A DNA stretch of 63,873 nt, the filler included, from Octopus bimaculoides (taxonomy: Eukaryota): NCBI RefSeq assembly GCF_001194135.2. It is 6 parts of 6 records of this genome, joined end to end, with 100 filler letters (N's around TTAATTAATTAA, not from the genome) between each part and the next. Parts side by side here need not be neighbours in the genome. Positions count along the whole stretch, not along the records: positions 1 to 21,513 come from NC_069008.1; positions 21,614 to 37,643 come from NC_069000.1; 4 more parts are not named here. One strand, 5' to 3'. A program made the translations under genes and the position numbers. Positions 10,840-24,824 of this stretch are shown piece after piece. Position 1 is the first letter of the stretch. Every line of letters starts with the position of its first letter. The notes beneath the pieces were generated by a model, which searched no databases, had not been told where the DNA came from, and saw nothing but the letters and a program-made list of their open reading frames with translations.

Positions 10840-11715
10840 AGTAAACATTTAGGGACAAAATTATTGCAACACTATTAAACATTGTGGGGCAACATTATTG
10901 TAATATTATCAAACATTTTTGGACAACATTATTGTAATACTATTAAACATTTTGGACAATATTACTAAATATTTCTGGACAACATTATTAAACATTTTTG
11001 GACAACCCATGCTAGCATGGAAAGCAGACGTTAAACGATGATGATGATGATGATGTAATATTATTAAACATTTTTGGACAACATTATTGTAATATTATTA
11101 AACATTTTTGGACAACATTATTGTAATATTATTAAACATTTTTGGACAACATTATTGTAATATTATTAAACATTTTTGGACAACATTANNNNNNNNNNNN
11201 NNNNNNNNNNNNNNNNNNNNNNNNNNNNNNNNNNNNNNNNNNNNNNNNNNNNNNNNNNNNNNNNNNNNNNNNNNNNNNNNNNNNNNNNNNNNNNNNNNNN
11301 NNNNNNNNNNNNNNNNNNNNNNNNNNNNNNNNNNNNNNNNNNNNNNNNNNNNNNNNNNNNNNNNNNNNNNNNNNNNNNNNNNNNNNNNNNNNNNNNNNNN
11401 NNNNNNNNNNNNNNNNNNNNNNNNNNNNNNNNNNNNNNNNNNNNNNNNNNNNNNNNNNNNNNNNNNNNNNNNNNNNNNNNNNNNNNNNNNNNNNNNNNNN
11501 NNNNNNNNNNNNNNNNNNNNNNNNNNNNNNNNNNNNNNNNNNNNNNNNNNNNNNNNNNNNNNNNNGACAACATTATTGTAATATTATTAAACATTTTTGG
11601 ACAACATTATTGTAATATTATTAAACATTTTTGGACAACATTATTGTAATATTATGAAACATTTTTGGACATTATTGTAATATTATTAAACATTTTTGGA
11701 CAACATTATTAAATA
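10840..11715. repeat. 34-bp minisatellite
   Basis: (aaacatttttggacaacattattgtaatattatt)n. Units degenerate toward the left edge. Confidence 0.95.
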
Positions 11716-11899
11716 TTTTTGATGATGATGAGGATGATCGTGATGATGGTGGTGGTGATGACGATAGTGATGATGATGATGATGGTGAGGAGGAGGATGG
11801 TGATGATGGTGGTGGTGGTGGTGGCGATGATGATAATGGTGATGTTGATGATAGTGATGACAATGATGATTTCGGTGGTAAACATTTTGATGACAGTGG

Positions 11900-11939
<40 letters not shown>

Positions 11940-13030
11940 GATGGTGGTGATGATTAGTGATGACGGTGATTGTGATGATGGGATTCATGCAGTTCCTGTC
12001 CACTAAATCCACTCACAAGTCATTGGTGTCAGCCTAGGGTTACAATAGCAGACATTCGCCCAAGGTGCCGCGCCATGCAGTGGAACTGAACCCACAAACC
12101 TTGTGGTTGAGAAGCAAGCTTCTTCCCCCTCTCTCCCACCTCACAGCTATGTATAATTATTTCATAGTTATTGTAAACTTATGCAGCATTATTGAACTGT
12201 TTTTGCAGTTTTATTGAACTGTTATTGCAGCAATACAATTTGAACTATTGCTATGATATGTGATTCTATTTTGAACATATCACCAAATAATTGATGATCT
12301 CCAAAAAAAAAATGGGTGGAGAGCCATGCTGAGGTGGAGAGTAAAGGGTCAGCAGTTCAGTCCCTGAGCGAGGCCTTTGGAACCGCGGACACAACAGGAA
12401 CGGCCCGTTAACAACAATGTTCAACCCATACCAGCATGGAAAATGGACATTAAATGATGATGATGAGGATGATGATGACAGAAGCTGCAGAGAATGTACC
12501 TAGATGGCTCTGGTTGATATCCGGGGTGGGGGTGGGGGAAGGGGCAGTAGAATGCCACACAGATTCAAGCCTAGGTTTGATCAACCTGGGTCAAGTCACC
12601 TGGAAGAAGGTCTATGTTTCAGACCCGAAACATCAAGTGTACCTGGGATCCAACTCCAATGATACGTCCAACCAAGTATTGCATTTGTAGATGTATATCG
12701 AAGTGGTGAAGGTGCATGGCTTTGTGGTTAGGGTATTCAGCCCATAATCATAAACTTGTGAGTTCTATACCCAGTGGTGCTTTGTGCCCTTAAGCAAGAC
12801 ACTTTATTTCACATTGCTCCAGTACATCCAGCTGGCCAATATTAGTCGTACATACCATTCAAAGACCCGGCTTTGTCACACTTTATGTTATGCCAAATCT
12901 CTGAGAACTACATTAAGGATATGCATGTCTGTGGAATACTCAGCCATTTGCACATTAATTTCACAAGCAAGCTGTTTCGTTGATTGGCTCAACTGGAACA
13001 CTTGTTGGTGTAACTGACAGAGTGCCAGTC

Positions 13031-13325
13031 GTATGTCTCTTCCATTTATTAATTATTATAAATCTTCCACTGAAGAGGGAGCCGGTTTCCAACATAGATA
13101 CAAGGCTCCATCTTTTGGGATGTAGTTAACAAAGACAAATTCACATTTGGAACTTGAGAAAAGTCTTGCATATTTTTACTGTTCCACTCACAGATTGCAA
13201 TTGTAATGTTCGAATTAGTCGATCAATTTCTCTTTCTGAAAATCACAGTTTATCCAGATTCTCCTTTAAGCATTTACTAACAAAACCTAGTGCTCCAATT
13301 GTTATTGGTATGAATATGAATTCAT
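13031..13325 (-). mobile_element. REL LINE 3' end, same family as 50533-50903
   Basis: FIFIPITIGALGFVSKCLKENL. The 3' UTR matches 50815-50903 closely (gatggagccttgtatct...ggaaaccggctccctc...ggaagatttata...aaatggaagagacata). Confidence 0.8.
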
Positions 13326-13403
13326 AGAAAATTACTATTTGTAAATCTCACGAGAGATATTCAGCAACAGTACTTTAGAGTAAAGATTGCCAACATAACA
13401 TGG

Positions 13404-13500
13404 CAGTCCTGGTTTAGGCCGAATGTTGCTGTAATTTAGCCCCAGGAGACATCGTCTCCTGGGGCTAAATTACAGTAACATTCGTCCTAAGCCAGGACTG
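13404..13500. repeat. Near-perfect 47-bp palindrome with a 3-nt loop
   Basis: cagtcctgg...cccaggagac ATC gtctcctggg...ccaggactg, with 3 mismatches. Confidence 0.9.
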
Positions 13501-13619
13501 TAATTATACAAGTTAGCATGAGCAGTCTTTTGCTGGAATTACTGTCGCAGCGATAAGTCTTATCACAGCCAATCACAATCAAATCAAACATGTTAGAACT
13601 GATTTTATATAAATATATA

Positions 13620-14044
13620 CTGTAAATCCTCGAGTATAGTCCGCCCTTGAGTATAATACGCAGGGGATTTTTAGGGGGCTGTACCTCTAAAAAACCTAAA
13701 CCTTGTGTATAATACACACCCCTTCTCTAACTTGAGTCAAGGAGGTCTATATAACATCCTTGGTTTGTAAACGTATATACGGTAACATCCTTTATTATTA
13801 TGGTATATGTAACATAATGCAAACGTGTAGCCTTTTTGTGCATTTTGTTTTCAGAAAATAAAGAAATAACAGTAATAATGTCAGTGAAAAATAAATATTA
13901 AGTAAATTGCCTTTATAAATTTATCACTTGGAAAATTTTGCTTAGAAAATATTTTTCATTTTTAACCTCGTATATAGTACGCACTAGAAATTTTGACCTT
14001 TAAATTTTGGGAAAAAAATGCGGATTATACTCGAGGATCTACAG
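13620..14044. mobile_element. Tc1/mariner-pogo-type MITE, 425 bp
   Basis: TIR CTGTAAATCCTCGAGTATAGTCCGC vs reverse complement of the right end CTGTAGATCCTCGAGTATAATCCGC. TA on both flanks (13618-19, 14045-46). Confidence 0.85.
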
Positions 14045-14629
14045 TATACTAAATATATATATTTATATAAATATATATACTGTATATAGAAGCTGGAGGT
14101 TTCCAAGCAGTTGTCCATAGATATCCTTCCTTTTCTTTGATTTTCAAAGAGATATTTATATCTGCAGGGCAACTGACCTCTATGATGGTACATACCTTTG
14201 CCCCTCTGTCCCAAACATGTATGCATGTGTGTATGTATGTATGTATATATGGCAAAATTGAGCTGTACCTGTAATAAGGACCAGCCTTGTCATGCTCTGT
14301 GTCATACTGAATCTCCCTGAGAACTACATTGAGANNNNNNNNNNCTGTGTCATACTGAATCTCCCTGAGAACTACATTGAGAGCATGTGTGTCTGTGGAG
14401 TGCTCAGCCACTTGCACATTAATTTCACGAGTGGGCTGTTCCATTGATCGGATCAACTGGAATATTTGTCATCGTAACAGATGGAGAGCCAGCGATGTTG
14501 AAGTGAAGCCAGTATAGATAACATTTACATGCACATCAAAGCGTACACGACAACGTTGTATGTATCGTAACACCATATCACTGTCTGTCTATCTAACGTT
14601 ATATCTAGTCAAGAGGGTCAGTCAAGAAG

Positions 14630-15160
14630 GAGACGACGACGACGATGACGACGACGACAGTGGTGAAGATGATGACGACGATGGAGGAGGGGGAGAAGAT
14701 GGTGATGGCAGAGGAGGAGGAGGAGGAAGAGAAGAATGATGATGATGATGATGGAGAAGATGGTGGAGGAGGAGGCGTTAGAGAAGATGACAATGATGGA
14801 GGAGGGGGAGAAGGTGGTGATGGCAGAGGAGGAGGAGGAGGAAGAGAAGAATGATGATGATGATGATGATGATGGAGAAGATGGTGGAGGAGGAGGAGAA
14901 AGAGAAGATGATGATGACAACGATGGAGGAGATGCTGATGGAGGAGGAGGAGAAGGAAAACACGATGATGACAACGGTGGAGAAGACGGTGGAGGAAGAG
15001 AAGATGGAGGAGGAAACGACAATGATGGAGGAAGAAGAGAAGATGGTGATGGAGGAGAAGGAAAAAAAGATGATGACAACGATGGAGAAGGAGGAGACAA
15101 TGAAGAAAGAGGAGGGGGAGAAGAAGGAGGAGAAGAAGGGGAGGAAGAGGAGGAGATGAT
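14630..15160. repeat. Purine-rich degenerate trinucleotide array with a roughly 110-bp internal duplication
   Basis: GAT/GGA/GAA mosaic. The block at about 14680-14790 recurs at about 14795-14910. Confidence 0.9.
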
Positions 15161-16749
15161 GGCAAGATTTCATGTTCACAGACAGGAAAGCAAATATGAG
15201 ATTGTTATTTATGTATGTATGTATAAACAGGTGAGAAGAATGGTGAAGAGTAAGACCTGTGTGTGTGTGTGTGTGTGCACATGGTCTAGTGTTAGTTGTG
15301 TGTGTGTATGTGCGATTCTGTGTATGTTTGTACATATGCATAGCTGGTGTGAGTGTATGTGCACATGCTTCAGTGTCTGTGTGTGTGCGTGTGCACATGC
15401 ATGATCCCATGCGTGTTTGTTCAAGTGCATATGTGTTTGTGTACATGTGAGTTTGCATGGTCTGGCGTGCATTCAGTGTGTGTGTGTGCTAGTGCACGCA
15501 TGTATATATATATACATAGCTCACTGAGGTGTGTATGTGTGCGTATGAGTATATTTGTGAACGTGTGTACGTGCATGTCTGCGAGAATGTTTACTTAAGT
15601 CCTTTGAGCCGACATTATTGTTTGCGGCTCAGCTACAAACGATGGCGTTAATATTTGCGTTTCAACTGCTTCCAATAAAGTCTGTTGACATTTGCAGCCA
15701 ACAAATTATTTGTGAGTTCTGTGTTTTCGGATTTCTCCGGAATATAAACATAAACCCCAGAAATTGAAAAATAGACGGAGGTGGGGGCAGGTTGGGGAGG
15801 TTGCAACAGGAATCATGTTTGGCCAAAAAGATTCCTTCGTCAGATCTATTCACATCGTAGCCATGCAAACATAAGAAAACAAAATGAAACAAAACAAAAA
15901 CTAAACAGTGCATATAAATGAGAGGGGGGTGCTAAAAAAAGTTCCTGGCCCTGGGGAAAAAAAAAAGACAGGATTAGGATTTTCTTCAACATGTTCCCCT
16001 CGCTAGCCACTAAACCTCTTTTTTATTTTCTCTGTGTGTTTATTTCTGTGTTCCTTTCTGATGAAGAGTGTAGACTCGAAATATAAAAGACTTTCTCACT
16101 TTACGAGTGTTAAACTAATACATCTNNNNNNNNNNNNNNNNNNNNNNNNNNNNNNNNNNNNNNNNNNNNNNNNNNNNNNNNNNNNNNNNNNNNNNNNNNN
16201 NNNNNNNNNNNNNNNNNNNNNNNNNNNNNNNNNNNNNNNNNNNNNNNNNNNNNNNNNNNNNNNNNNNNNNNNNNNNNNNNNNNNNNNNNNNNNNNNNNNN
16301 NNNNNNNNNNNNNNNNNNNNNNNNNNNNNNNNNNNNNNNNNNNNNNNNNNNNNNNNNNNNNNNNNNNNNNNNNNNNNNNNNNNNNNNNNNNNNNNNNNNN
16401 NNNNNNNNNNNNNNNNNNNNNNNNNNNNNNNNNNNNNNNNNNNNNNNNNNNNNNNNNNNNNNNNNNNNNNNNNNNNNNNNNNNNNNNNNNNNNNNNNNNN
16501 NNNNNNNNNNNNNNNNNNNNNNNNNNNNNNNNNNNNNNNNNNNNNNNNNNNNNNNNNNNNNNNNNNNNNNNNNNNNNNNNNNNNNNNNNNNNNNNNNNNN
16601 NNNNNNNNNNNNNNNNNNNNNNNNNNNNNNNNNNNNNNNNNNNNNNNNNNNNNNNNNNNNNNNNNNNNNNNNTTAATCATATATTAATTAATATCGATTA
16701 ATTACCAGGAGGCCAGCACATCTAAAGAATCAAAGAGATTCAGAAATAG

Positions 16750-16787
<38 letters not shown>

Positions 16788-17158
16788 CTTTTACTTGTTT
16801 CAGTCATTTGACTGTGGCCATACTGGAGCATCGACTTTATTTGAGCAAATCGACCCCAGGACTTATTCTTTGTAAGCCTAATTCTTATTCTATCGGTCTC
16901 TTTTTGCCGAACTGCTAAGTTATGGGGATGTAAACACACCAGCATCGGTTGTCAAACGATATTGGCGGATAAACACAGACACATAAACATATACACACAC
17001 ACATATATATATATACATATATACGACAGGCTTCTTTCAGTTTCTGTCTGCCAAATCCACTCACAAGTGTCTATAGTAGAAGATACTTGCCCAAGGTGCC
17101 ATGCAGTGGGACTGAACCCGGAACCATGTGGTTCGTAAGCAAGCTACTTACCACACAG
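16788..17158 (-). mobile_element. SINE family 1 copy
   Basis: Reverse complement of the family-1 consensus. Confidence 0.8.
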
Positions 17159-17518
17159 TTTAACTGAATTTACTTCTATGCTGTAGTAGAGGCAACATGT
17201 TCTTTATCTATCTCTTTAACTTCTTGGAGATTTTAGGTATAATTATACTAATTTGTCCATCTGTTCTAATTTAATTATATTCTATGTCTTTGTGCAGCTG
17301 AGGATTGCTCTGCATTTTGAATTGATGTAATGATTGCATTGTTCAATTAAATGGAGTTGCTTGAAACGATTGTACTGCATTACCTCTGGATATCCTTGTT
17401 GCTTATTTTGATTTTAATCACCTTACTTTGAAATTGTGTGGATAATACCGTATTAAAGTTCTGGTACCTCAAATTAAGTACCATTTTAATCTGAATACAT
17501 ATATATATATATATATAT

Positions 17519-17819
17519 ATTGGGTTGTCTGGAAAGTTCGTGCCAATTTATAGTAGCTTACCTTTCGACTTATTTTAGAACATGGTTGAGTCCATAAAAT
17601 AGGATTTCACTACACCTGCATTTAGAGCAGAGTTTAAGCTATCTTTTCGTGGAAGAAGGTTTTATGTTCTTATAACTTGTGTTAATTCTGTAACCCTTTA
17701 AAATGGAAGATAAGAAAGTTCATTTTCGGCACTTGATACTTTTCTTTTTCCATAAAGGGGAAAAATGCCTTACAAGCAACCAAAGAAATATGCGCAGTTT
17801 ACGGTGATGTTTCTTTATC
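17519..17819 (+). mobile_element. mariner 5' end and transposase N-terminus
   Basis: TIR-like ttgggttgtctggaaagttcgtgcc after (TA)n. Reads MEDKKVHFRHLILF / ENALQATKEICAVYGD. Confidence 0.7.
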
Positions 17820-19271
17820 NNNNNNNNNNNNNNNNNNNNNNNNNNNNNNNNNNNNNNNNNNNNNNNNNNNNNNNNNNNNNNNNNNNNNNNNNNNNNNNNN
17901 NNNNNNNNNNNNNNNNNNNTTTTTTTTTTTTTTTTTTCACTTGCCCCAGGTGCCACGCAGTGGGTCTGAACCCGGAATCATGTGGTTGGGAAGCAAGCTT
18001 CTTGCCACACAGCCTCTCCCGCATCTACTATGTTGATTCACGTTCCAAACACCAGCCTGATAATAAGGCCATTTTGCTAAATTCTTGATTAATTACAGCA
18101 TAGATTGAAACAAAGGCAGTATTCTTCAAACAGAATTATGACAAAGAGGAAGACTTCAAACCAGACAGACAATCTAAAGATATTTAAACCTATTGAATAG
18201 CTTCTGAGATTAGGAAGAATAAAAGGGGGGGGCAGGGAACTTAAGGCAGCCAGACATTGAATTTGTCTCACACCTAACAGCCAATCCCAATATAAAGACC
18301 CCCTTTGGTCATGAATGACCACGGAATTGCACCTAGAAAGTTCCCCTCCGAGGTACAAGTCCAGGCAAGGCTGTTTATGGAAGACCAGAAGTCGTCCATG
18401 CATACCGGCGACCCCTCTCCACACCACTGATGTTATCCAAGGGAAAGGCAAAGGGGCCGATACAGTTTGGCACCAGTGATGTTGCAACTCATTTCTACAG
18501 CTGAGTGAACTGGAGCAACGTGAAATAAAGAGTCTTGCTCAAGGACACAACACACAGCCTGGACTAGGAATCAAACTCACTACCTCATGATTGTGAGCCC
18601 GATGCTTTAACCACAGAGCCATGTGCCTTCACATCTAAATATATATAACCCTAATTTACACGTTTGATAACAACCTACCTGAAATTGCTCTTGGCTTTAA
18701 GACACAAACTTCCTACTTTAAATTGATCTAGATTAAAACCTTTCTATCAAAATTTCAATTTAATCTACTTTCCAAACATCAAGTAAATAAACACAAAAGT
18801 TATTCTAATATATTCTTCATTATTTTCAAAATTAATTGAAACAAAAGGCAGTGTATTTCTACAGAAATCTAGAAAGAAAACGGTTTTAAAATAGGAACCA
18901 CGTTACTCAGTCAGGAAAGTTCTATGTCGCCAATAGTCACTTCTCCCACTCTTCAAATTCTTTATTGTCTTCATTTTTTTTTCATATCAACCCACATATG
19001 ACCACTCCCACTGCTAAGATGCAAACTTCCTGTATTAACGTGATCAGCTGTGTGGTACATAGCTNNNNNNNNNNNNNNNNNNNNNNNNNNNNNNNNNNNN
19101 NNNNNNNNNNNNNNNNNNNNNNNNNNNNNNNNNNNNNNNNNNNNNNNNNNNNNNNNNNNNNNNNNNNNNNNNNNNNNNNNNNNNNNNNNNNNNNNNNNNN
19201 NNNNNNNNNNNNNNNNNNNNNNNNNNNNNNNNNNNNNNNNNNNNNNNNNNNNNNNNNNNNNNNNNNNNNNN

Positions 19272-19314
<43 letters not shown>

Positions 19315-21513
19315 GTGTGTGTGTATATGTTTGTATGTCTGTGTTTGTCCCCCCAACATCGCTTGACAACCGATGCTGGTGTGTTTACGTCCCTGTTATT
19401 TAGTAGTTCAGCAAAAGAGACCGATAGAATAAGTCCTAGGGTCGATTTGCTCGACTAAAGTTGGTGCTCCAGCATGGCAACAGTCAAATGACTGAAACAA
19501 GTAAAAGAGTAAAAGAGTATCTTAAAACCTTCTTCCAACAAAATTCCATGGTAATTCATATTCCAAAACACCGTTTTAATAACGACAAAATATTTTTATT
19601 AAATTCTTCATAATTTTCAAAACAAACTGAAACAAAAATTAGTATATTTCAACAAAAATCTGGCAAGGAAATAGTTTTAAAATAGGAACTGTATTACTAA
19701 GTAACGAAAGCTCTATTTTGCCAATGGTCACATCTCTTCACTTCAAATTCCTTAATGTCTTAATCGCTTTTGATACCAACCCACATGTGACCACTATTAC
19801 ATCTATATTAATTCATATTCCAAAACACTGTCTTAATAACGATGAAACATTTTTATTAAATTCTTCATAATTTTCAAAAGGGAAATAAAGGTAGGGCATT
19901 TTGATAGAAACACTATAACAAAAGCATTAATCTCACAACCAGACAGCCAACCTAGATATACAAAGAAATAGATTTAATTATTTCTGAGATTGGTAGGAGA
20001 AAGAAAGAAAATAAATCATACTTTACATTAATGAGAAATAAGACAAGATATTGAGTAAAACCCTTATTTTTACATCATCATCATCATCATCGTTTAACAT
20101 CCGCTTTCCATGCTAGCATGGGTTAGACAATTTGATTGAGGACTGGTGAACCAGATGGCTACACGAGGCTCCAATCTGATCTGGCAGAGTTTCTACAACT
20201 GGATGCCCTTCCTAATGCCAACCACTCTGAGAGTGTAGTGGGTGCTTTTACGTGCCACCGGCATGAAGGCCAGTCAGGTGGTACTGACAACGACCATACT
20301 CAGAATGGTGTATTTTNNNNNNNNNNNNNNNNNNNNNNNNNNNNNNNNNNNNNNNNNNNNNNNNNNNNNNNNNNNNNNNNNNNNNNNNNNNNNNNNNNNN
20401 NNNNNNNNNNNNNNNNNNNNNNNNNNNNNNNNNNNNNNNNNNNNNNNNNNNNNNNNNNNNNNNNNNNNNNNNNNNNNNNNNNNNNNNNNNNNNNNNNNNN
20501 NNNNNNGAAATAGATTTAATTATTTCTGAGATTGGTAGGAGAAAGAAAGAAAATAAATTGAGTAAAACCCTTATTTTTACATCATCATCATCATCATCGT
20601 TTAACATCCGCTTTCCATGCTAGCATGGGTTAGACAATTTGATTGAGGACTGGTGAACCAGATGGCTACACGAGGCTCCAATCTGATCTGGCAGAGTTTC
20701 TACAACTGGATGCCCTTCCTAACGCCAACCACTCTGAGAGTGTAGTGGGTGCTTTTACGTGCCACCGGCATGAAGGCCAGTCAGGTGGTACTGACAACGA
20801 CCATACTCAGAATGGTGTATTTTACGTGCCACCTGCACGGGAGCCAGTCCAGCAGCACTGGCAACGATCTCGCTTGAATGACTTTTCACGTGCCACCGGC
20901 ACAAGTGCCAGGAACGTGAAGCTGTGGCACAAGTGCCAGGAAGGCAACGCTGGTAACGATCACGCTTGAATGGTGGTGCCATTACGATTTTGCTTTTTGC
21001 TTGGTATTGCCTTCAGGTTTATGATAGAAATTTCCTATTTAACCCTTCACCATTAGCATTTAAACCAGATACACTCAGCCCTAATATTCTGCCAGTTTTA
21101 TGTTCAAACTGATCTGATCCAGCTTTTCACACCTACCCTACAATGTCATTCTAAAAACAGACAATCAAATTAGTCAGTAACGGAGCGTCTGTGTAGCCAG
21201 CAATAGGGATATGTGTGGCTCTGTGGTTAGGCATCTGCTTACCAACCACATGGTTCCGGGTTCAGTCCCACTGTGTGACACCTTGAGCAAGTGTCTTCTA
21301 TTATGGCCTCAGGCTAACCAAAGCCTTGTGAGTGGATTTGGTTGATGGAAACTGAAAGAAGCCCATCGTGTGTGTGTCTGTCTGTCTGTTTTCGTGTATG
21401 TGTGAAAGTGTGTTTGTCCCCCACCACCACCACTTCACAGCTGGTGTTCATGTGTTTACGTCCCTGTCACTCAGCAGTTCAGCAAAAGAGATCAACAGAA
21501 TAAGTACCAGCTT

Positions 21514-21613
21514 NNNNNNNNNNNNNNNNNNNNNNNNNNNNNNNNNNNNNNNNNNNNTTAATTAATTAANNNNNNNNNNNNNNNNNNNNNNNNNNNNNNN
21601 NNNNNNNNNNNNN
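21514..21613. other. Artificial assembly spacer N44-TTAATTAATTAA-N44
   Basis: Identical 100-bp structure at five positions. The 12-mer places stop codons in all six frames. Confidence 0.95.
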
Positions 21614-21840
21614 ACACTGGCAGAAACGTGAGCACGTCGGGCGAAATGCCTAGCAGTATTTCGTCTGCCGTTACATTCTGAGTTCAATTTCCACCGAGGT
21701 CGACTTTGCCTTTCATCCTTTCGGAGTCGATTAAATAAGTACCAGTTAATCACTGGGGTCGATGTAATCGACTTAATCCCCTTGACTGTTTCTTGTTTGT
21801 CCCCTCTATGTTTAGCCCCCTGTGGGTAATAAAGAAATAA
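21614..21840 (+). mobile_element. SINE family 2 (tail type a)
   Basis: CTGGCAGAAACGT.AGCACG.CGGGCGAAATGC..AGC.GTATTTCG...GAGTTCAA.TTCC.CCGAGGTCGACTTTGCCTTTCATCC, ending ccctctatgtttagccccctgtgggtaataaagaaa. Confidence 0.8.
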
Positions 21841-22979
21841 ATGTGTCCATTGTTGTCTTTTTATCTACAGAAGAAAGAAAAATACTGTCTTTTCATTAGA
21901 AGCCTGTCAACTTCGGAGGAATTTTGATTCTTAAGATTATTCCTCGCTTCTCATTCACATTTGGTTGCAACTGCTGCCAGTCGTTTGTTTTACCTTCTTT
22001 GGAAACAAACATAATTTCAATAAATCAAAAATTTAATTTATACGTTATTTAATAAAGCTTTAATGGTCTTTGTTCAAATTCACGCCACTAATCACTCTCA
22101 GTTATTTCTCTTGGAAGGATAATGATATCTAAGAAGAGATAAAGGAGATAGAAGTCAGAGATCAGTGTAGCTTTCGAATGTCGTATAGTCTCTTTCAGAA
22201 GAGCAGCAAAATTAAATAACCTAGTCCTGAAAAGTGAAGAGTACAGTATTCTACGTTCGGTAGCGAGCCTCTCAGGAAGCACCCTCTTCTGATGAGCTAC
22301 CATACAACCCCAAAAGAGCCGGACTCAAAGATGAAACAGTTAGCGTACCAAAAGAAGACCATGCATGAGTGTTTCCCGAAAACTTGAAGAAGACAGTAAT
22401 ATTAGTTTCAAATTTTGGCACAAGGCCAGCAATTTTGGGGAAGAGTAAGTCGATTATATGAACCCCAGTGTTCAACTGGTACTTATTTCATCGACCCCGA
22501 AAGGATGAAAGGCAAAATCGACCTTGGTGGCATTTGAAATCAGAATGTAAAGACGGACGAAATGCTGCTAGGCATTATGCTAACGTTTCTGCCAGCTCAC
22601 CGCCTTAAAGAAGACTGTAATATGAAATGAAGCTTCTTGTAATCGTTACACTTCGCAATCCAAGAAAAGGGGATTGCTACTAAATACCTAATAAACAAAA
22701 GAGACAGTTACAAGATGCAACCGAAAATGCAGATTATGTCATATTTCTGTGGAAGACATCACACTTGTGATTAACAGCTGCCCAAAAATGTCATCAGGGT
22801 ACAAAATGCCTATGCGGTGAGACATTGTCACAAAAACAATATGCAATGCTTGCATATAATAGTGTTGATTACCTCGAGCTCCGCTGTTAGTTCGACGCTA
22901 TGTCTTTACCATAACTAGAAACAGTCGTCCTGGCGACTGAGGACAAATCTTCACCATGGTCTGAATGGTCTGAATGATC

Positions 22980-23400
22980 TCAAAATCTACTACTCATTCA
23001 ACTGCATATTATTACCATTTTACTTGTATGAACAGGGAATGATGCATCATTCATTATGTAGATTCCCAGGTTGTGCACTGACTGTGAATCCGGGATTGAA
23101 AAATCTCATGGCCCTGTTTATTCTGATTGCAATCTATTCATGGGCTGATAGTGGAGCGCTTGAAAATTTTCAGCATTGAACAATGTGTTCTTTTCTTCAA
23201 CACATTTGTATATTACGCTTAGGTCATACTGCACTTTTGTGATATCCTGCAGTGGCTGACTGTATGATTAAGGGTATGTCCGAGAGGACCACTGCAAACA
23301 ATAGTGCTCTGAGTACAGCTCCTTGAGGTACTACACTAAGAACTGATGTCTCTTCAGAGACATAAATTCGCTGTAGCTGTCTGACTCCTACTTTTCAAAA
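22980..23400 (-). mobile_element. Highly decayed CR1/L2-like RT fragment
   Basis: SVLSVVPQGAVLRALLFAVVLSDIP (cf. SGVPQGSVLGPLLF), followed by FNAENFQALHY. Confidence 0.6.
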
Positions 23401-23407
23401 AGTCACA

Positions 23408-23438
<31 letters not shown>

Positions 23439-23445
23439 GTGTGTA

Positions 23446-23505
<60 letters not shown>

Positions 23506-24154
23506 AGTATACATGTATGTATAAAGTGTACAATATAGCTCTCTGTAATCGATATGTGCCCACGTACATTCAGAAGTCTGAAGTAAAAGTCGATTGGCTA
23601 TTTAATATCTATTGATCTGTATAGAAACAATTGAATGAGATCATATATGACTATATTATTACGCATAATGGATGTGTACATGTTTATGTATATATGCGTT
23701 GATGTTAGCATAAGTGTGCGTAACCACGAAGCCAACTAAGGTACCTTGGATTGAACTACTGAAAACAGTAGTTCATTCTTCCCTCAAATCATATATTACG
23801 ATCTGAACAAGGTCTACATTATATCATCATCTTAACAAAGGTTACATTATCTTATGAGACTCATATACTCTAATGTAGAGTATATCAGATAATGAGGCCT
23901 TAAACGCTCCTAAAACAACAGAGATGATACTCATCTGATCATAGTTCTCCCAAATGGGTTTGACATTACGTTAAACAACAACAAGAATGTAAATGCTATA
24001 AAATTTAAACACACACGTGAAACACATTTTCATACTTGTGTTTGTGCGTACACCTCTGTATGATGTATGCTTTAGAAGTTGAATTGTGTAAAGCTATATA
24101 ACCTATATAAACATTAATGCATGCATAACAGATACAGAAACAGGTACACAAGCG

Positions 24155-24187
<33 letters not shown>

Positions 24188-24685
24188 GCACACACACAGA
24201 TACACACATAAACACGTGCATACATTAGACGGAGTCGGCTCAGTAATGAGTAATGACCTCAGCTTGTTTATGAGCTGCAAAGCAGTTGATGAGCAGCAAC
24301 TTTTACCACTGCAAAATACATACATACATACATACGTACATACATACATACATACATACATACATACATCCATCCCTATTTAACTGTGGTAGTCATTTAA
24401 CTGTCGGTGTGTGAAACATTGGTTCAGTTGTATTTGACCTTTCATCATACTTGCCTGACTCATATAGTCAACAATCAGTGAGTAGCCGTATATAAAATCT
24501 CGTCGAAGTAGCGCCATGTTTCGTATTACTAACCCAATACCTCAAACGTGACAATATGGTGATTGCGGGCCATGCTCCATCCAAATATATATTTGTTTGT
24601 ATTGTTTTTTTTCTGCCGTTTTGTAATATCTTTTTCCTTCCTTACCCCCCCCCCCNNNNNNNNNNNNNNNNNNNNNNNNNNNNNN

Positions 24686-24755
<70 letters not shown>

Positions 24756-24824
24756 GCTATACAATATATATTCATCTTATAACATTTTTGTCTGGAAAGA
24801 AAAGAAAGCATTTATAACACTCAC

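Noticed and set aside
10840-11715. CRISPR-like 34-bp repeat
   Set aside because: The units are head-to-tail with no unique spacers and there are no cas genes. It is a eukaryotic minisatellite.
14605-15458. Multiple 100-226 aa acidic, Gly-rich or Ser/Pro-rich ORFs
   Set aside because: They are open in several frames on both strands only because the trinucleotide mosaic lacks stops. No splice or domain evidence.
17384-17490. Possible upstream PTP exon (IKMVLNLRYQNFNTVLSTQFQ...)
   Set aside because: It lacks the KNRY motif at the right spacing to DH.R and has two competing donors. The true exon may be in a gap.
19966-20830. Near-identical direct duplication across a gap (also 39096-39225 and 14300-14375)
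   Set aside because: This is the typical pattern of unmerged overlapping contig ends or haplotypes, not a real tandem duplication.
22088-22380. Short ORFs on both strands in unique-looking sequence
   Set aside because: No recognisable motif, no consistent splice sites, and stops interrupt the candidate frames.
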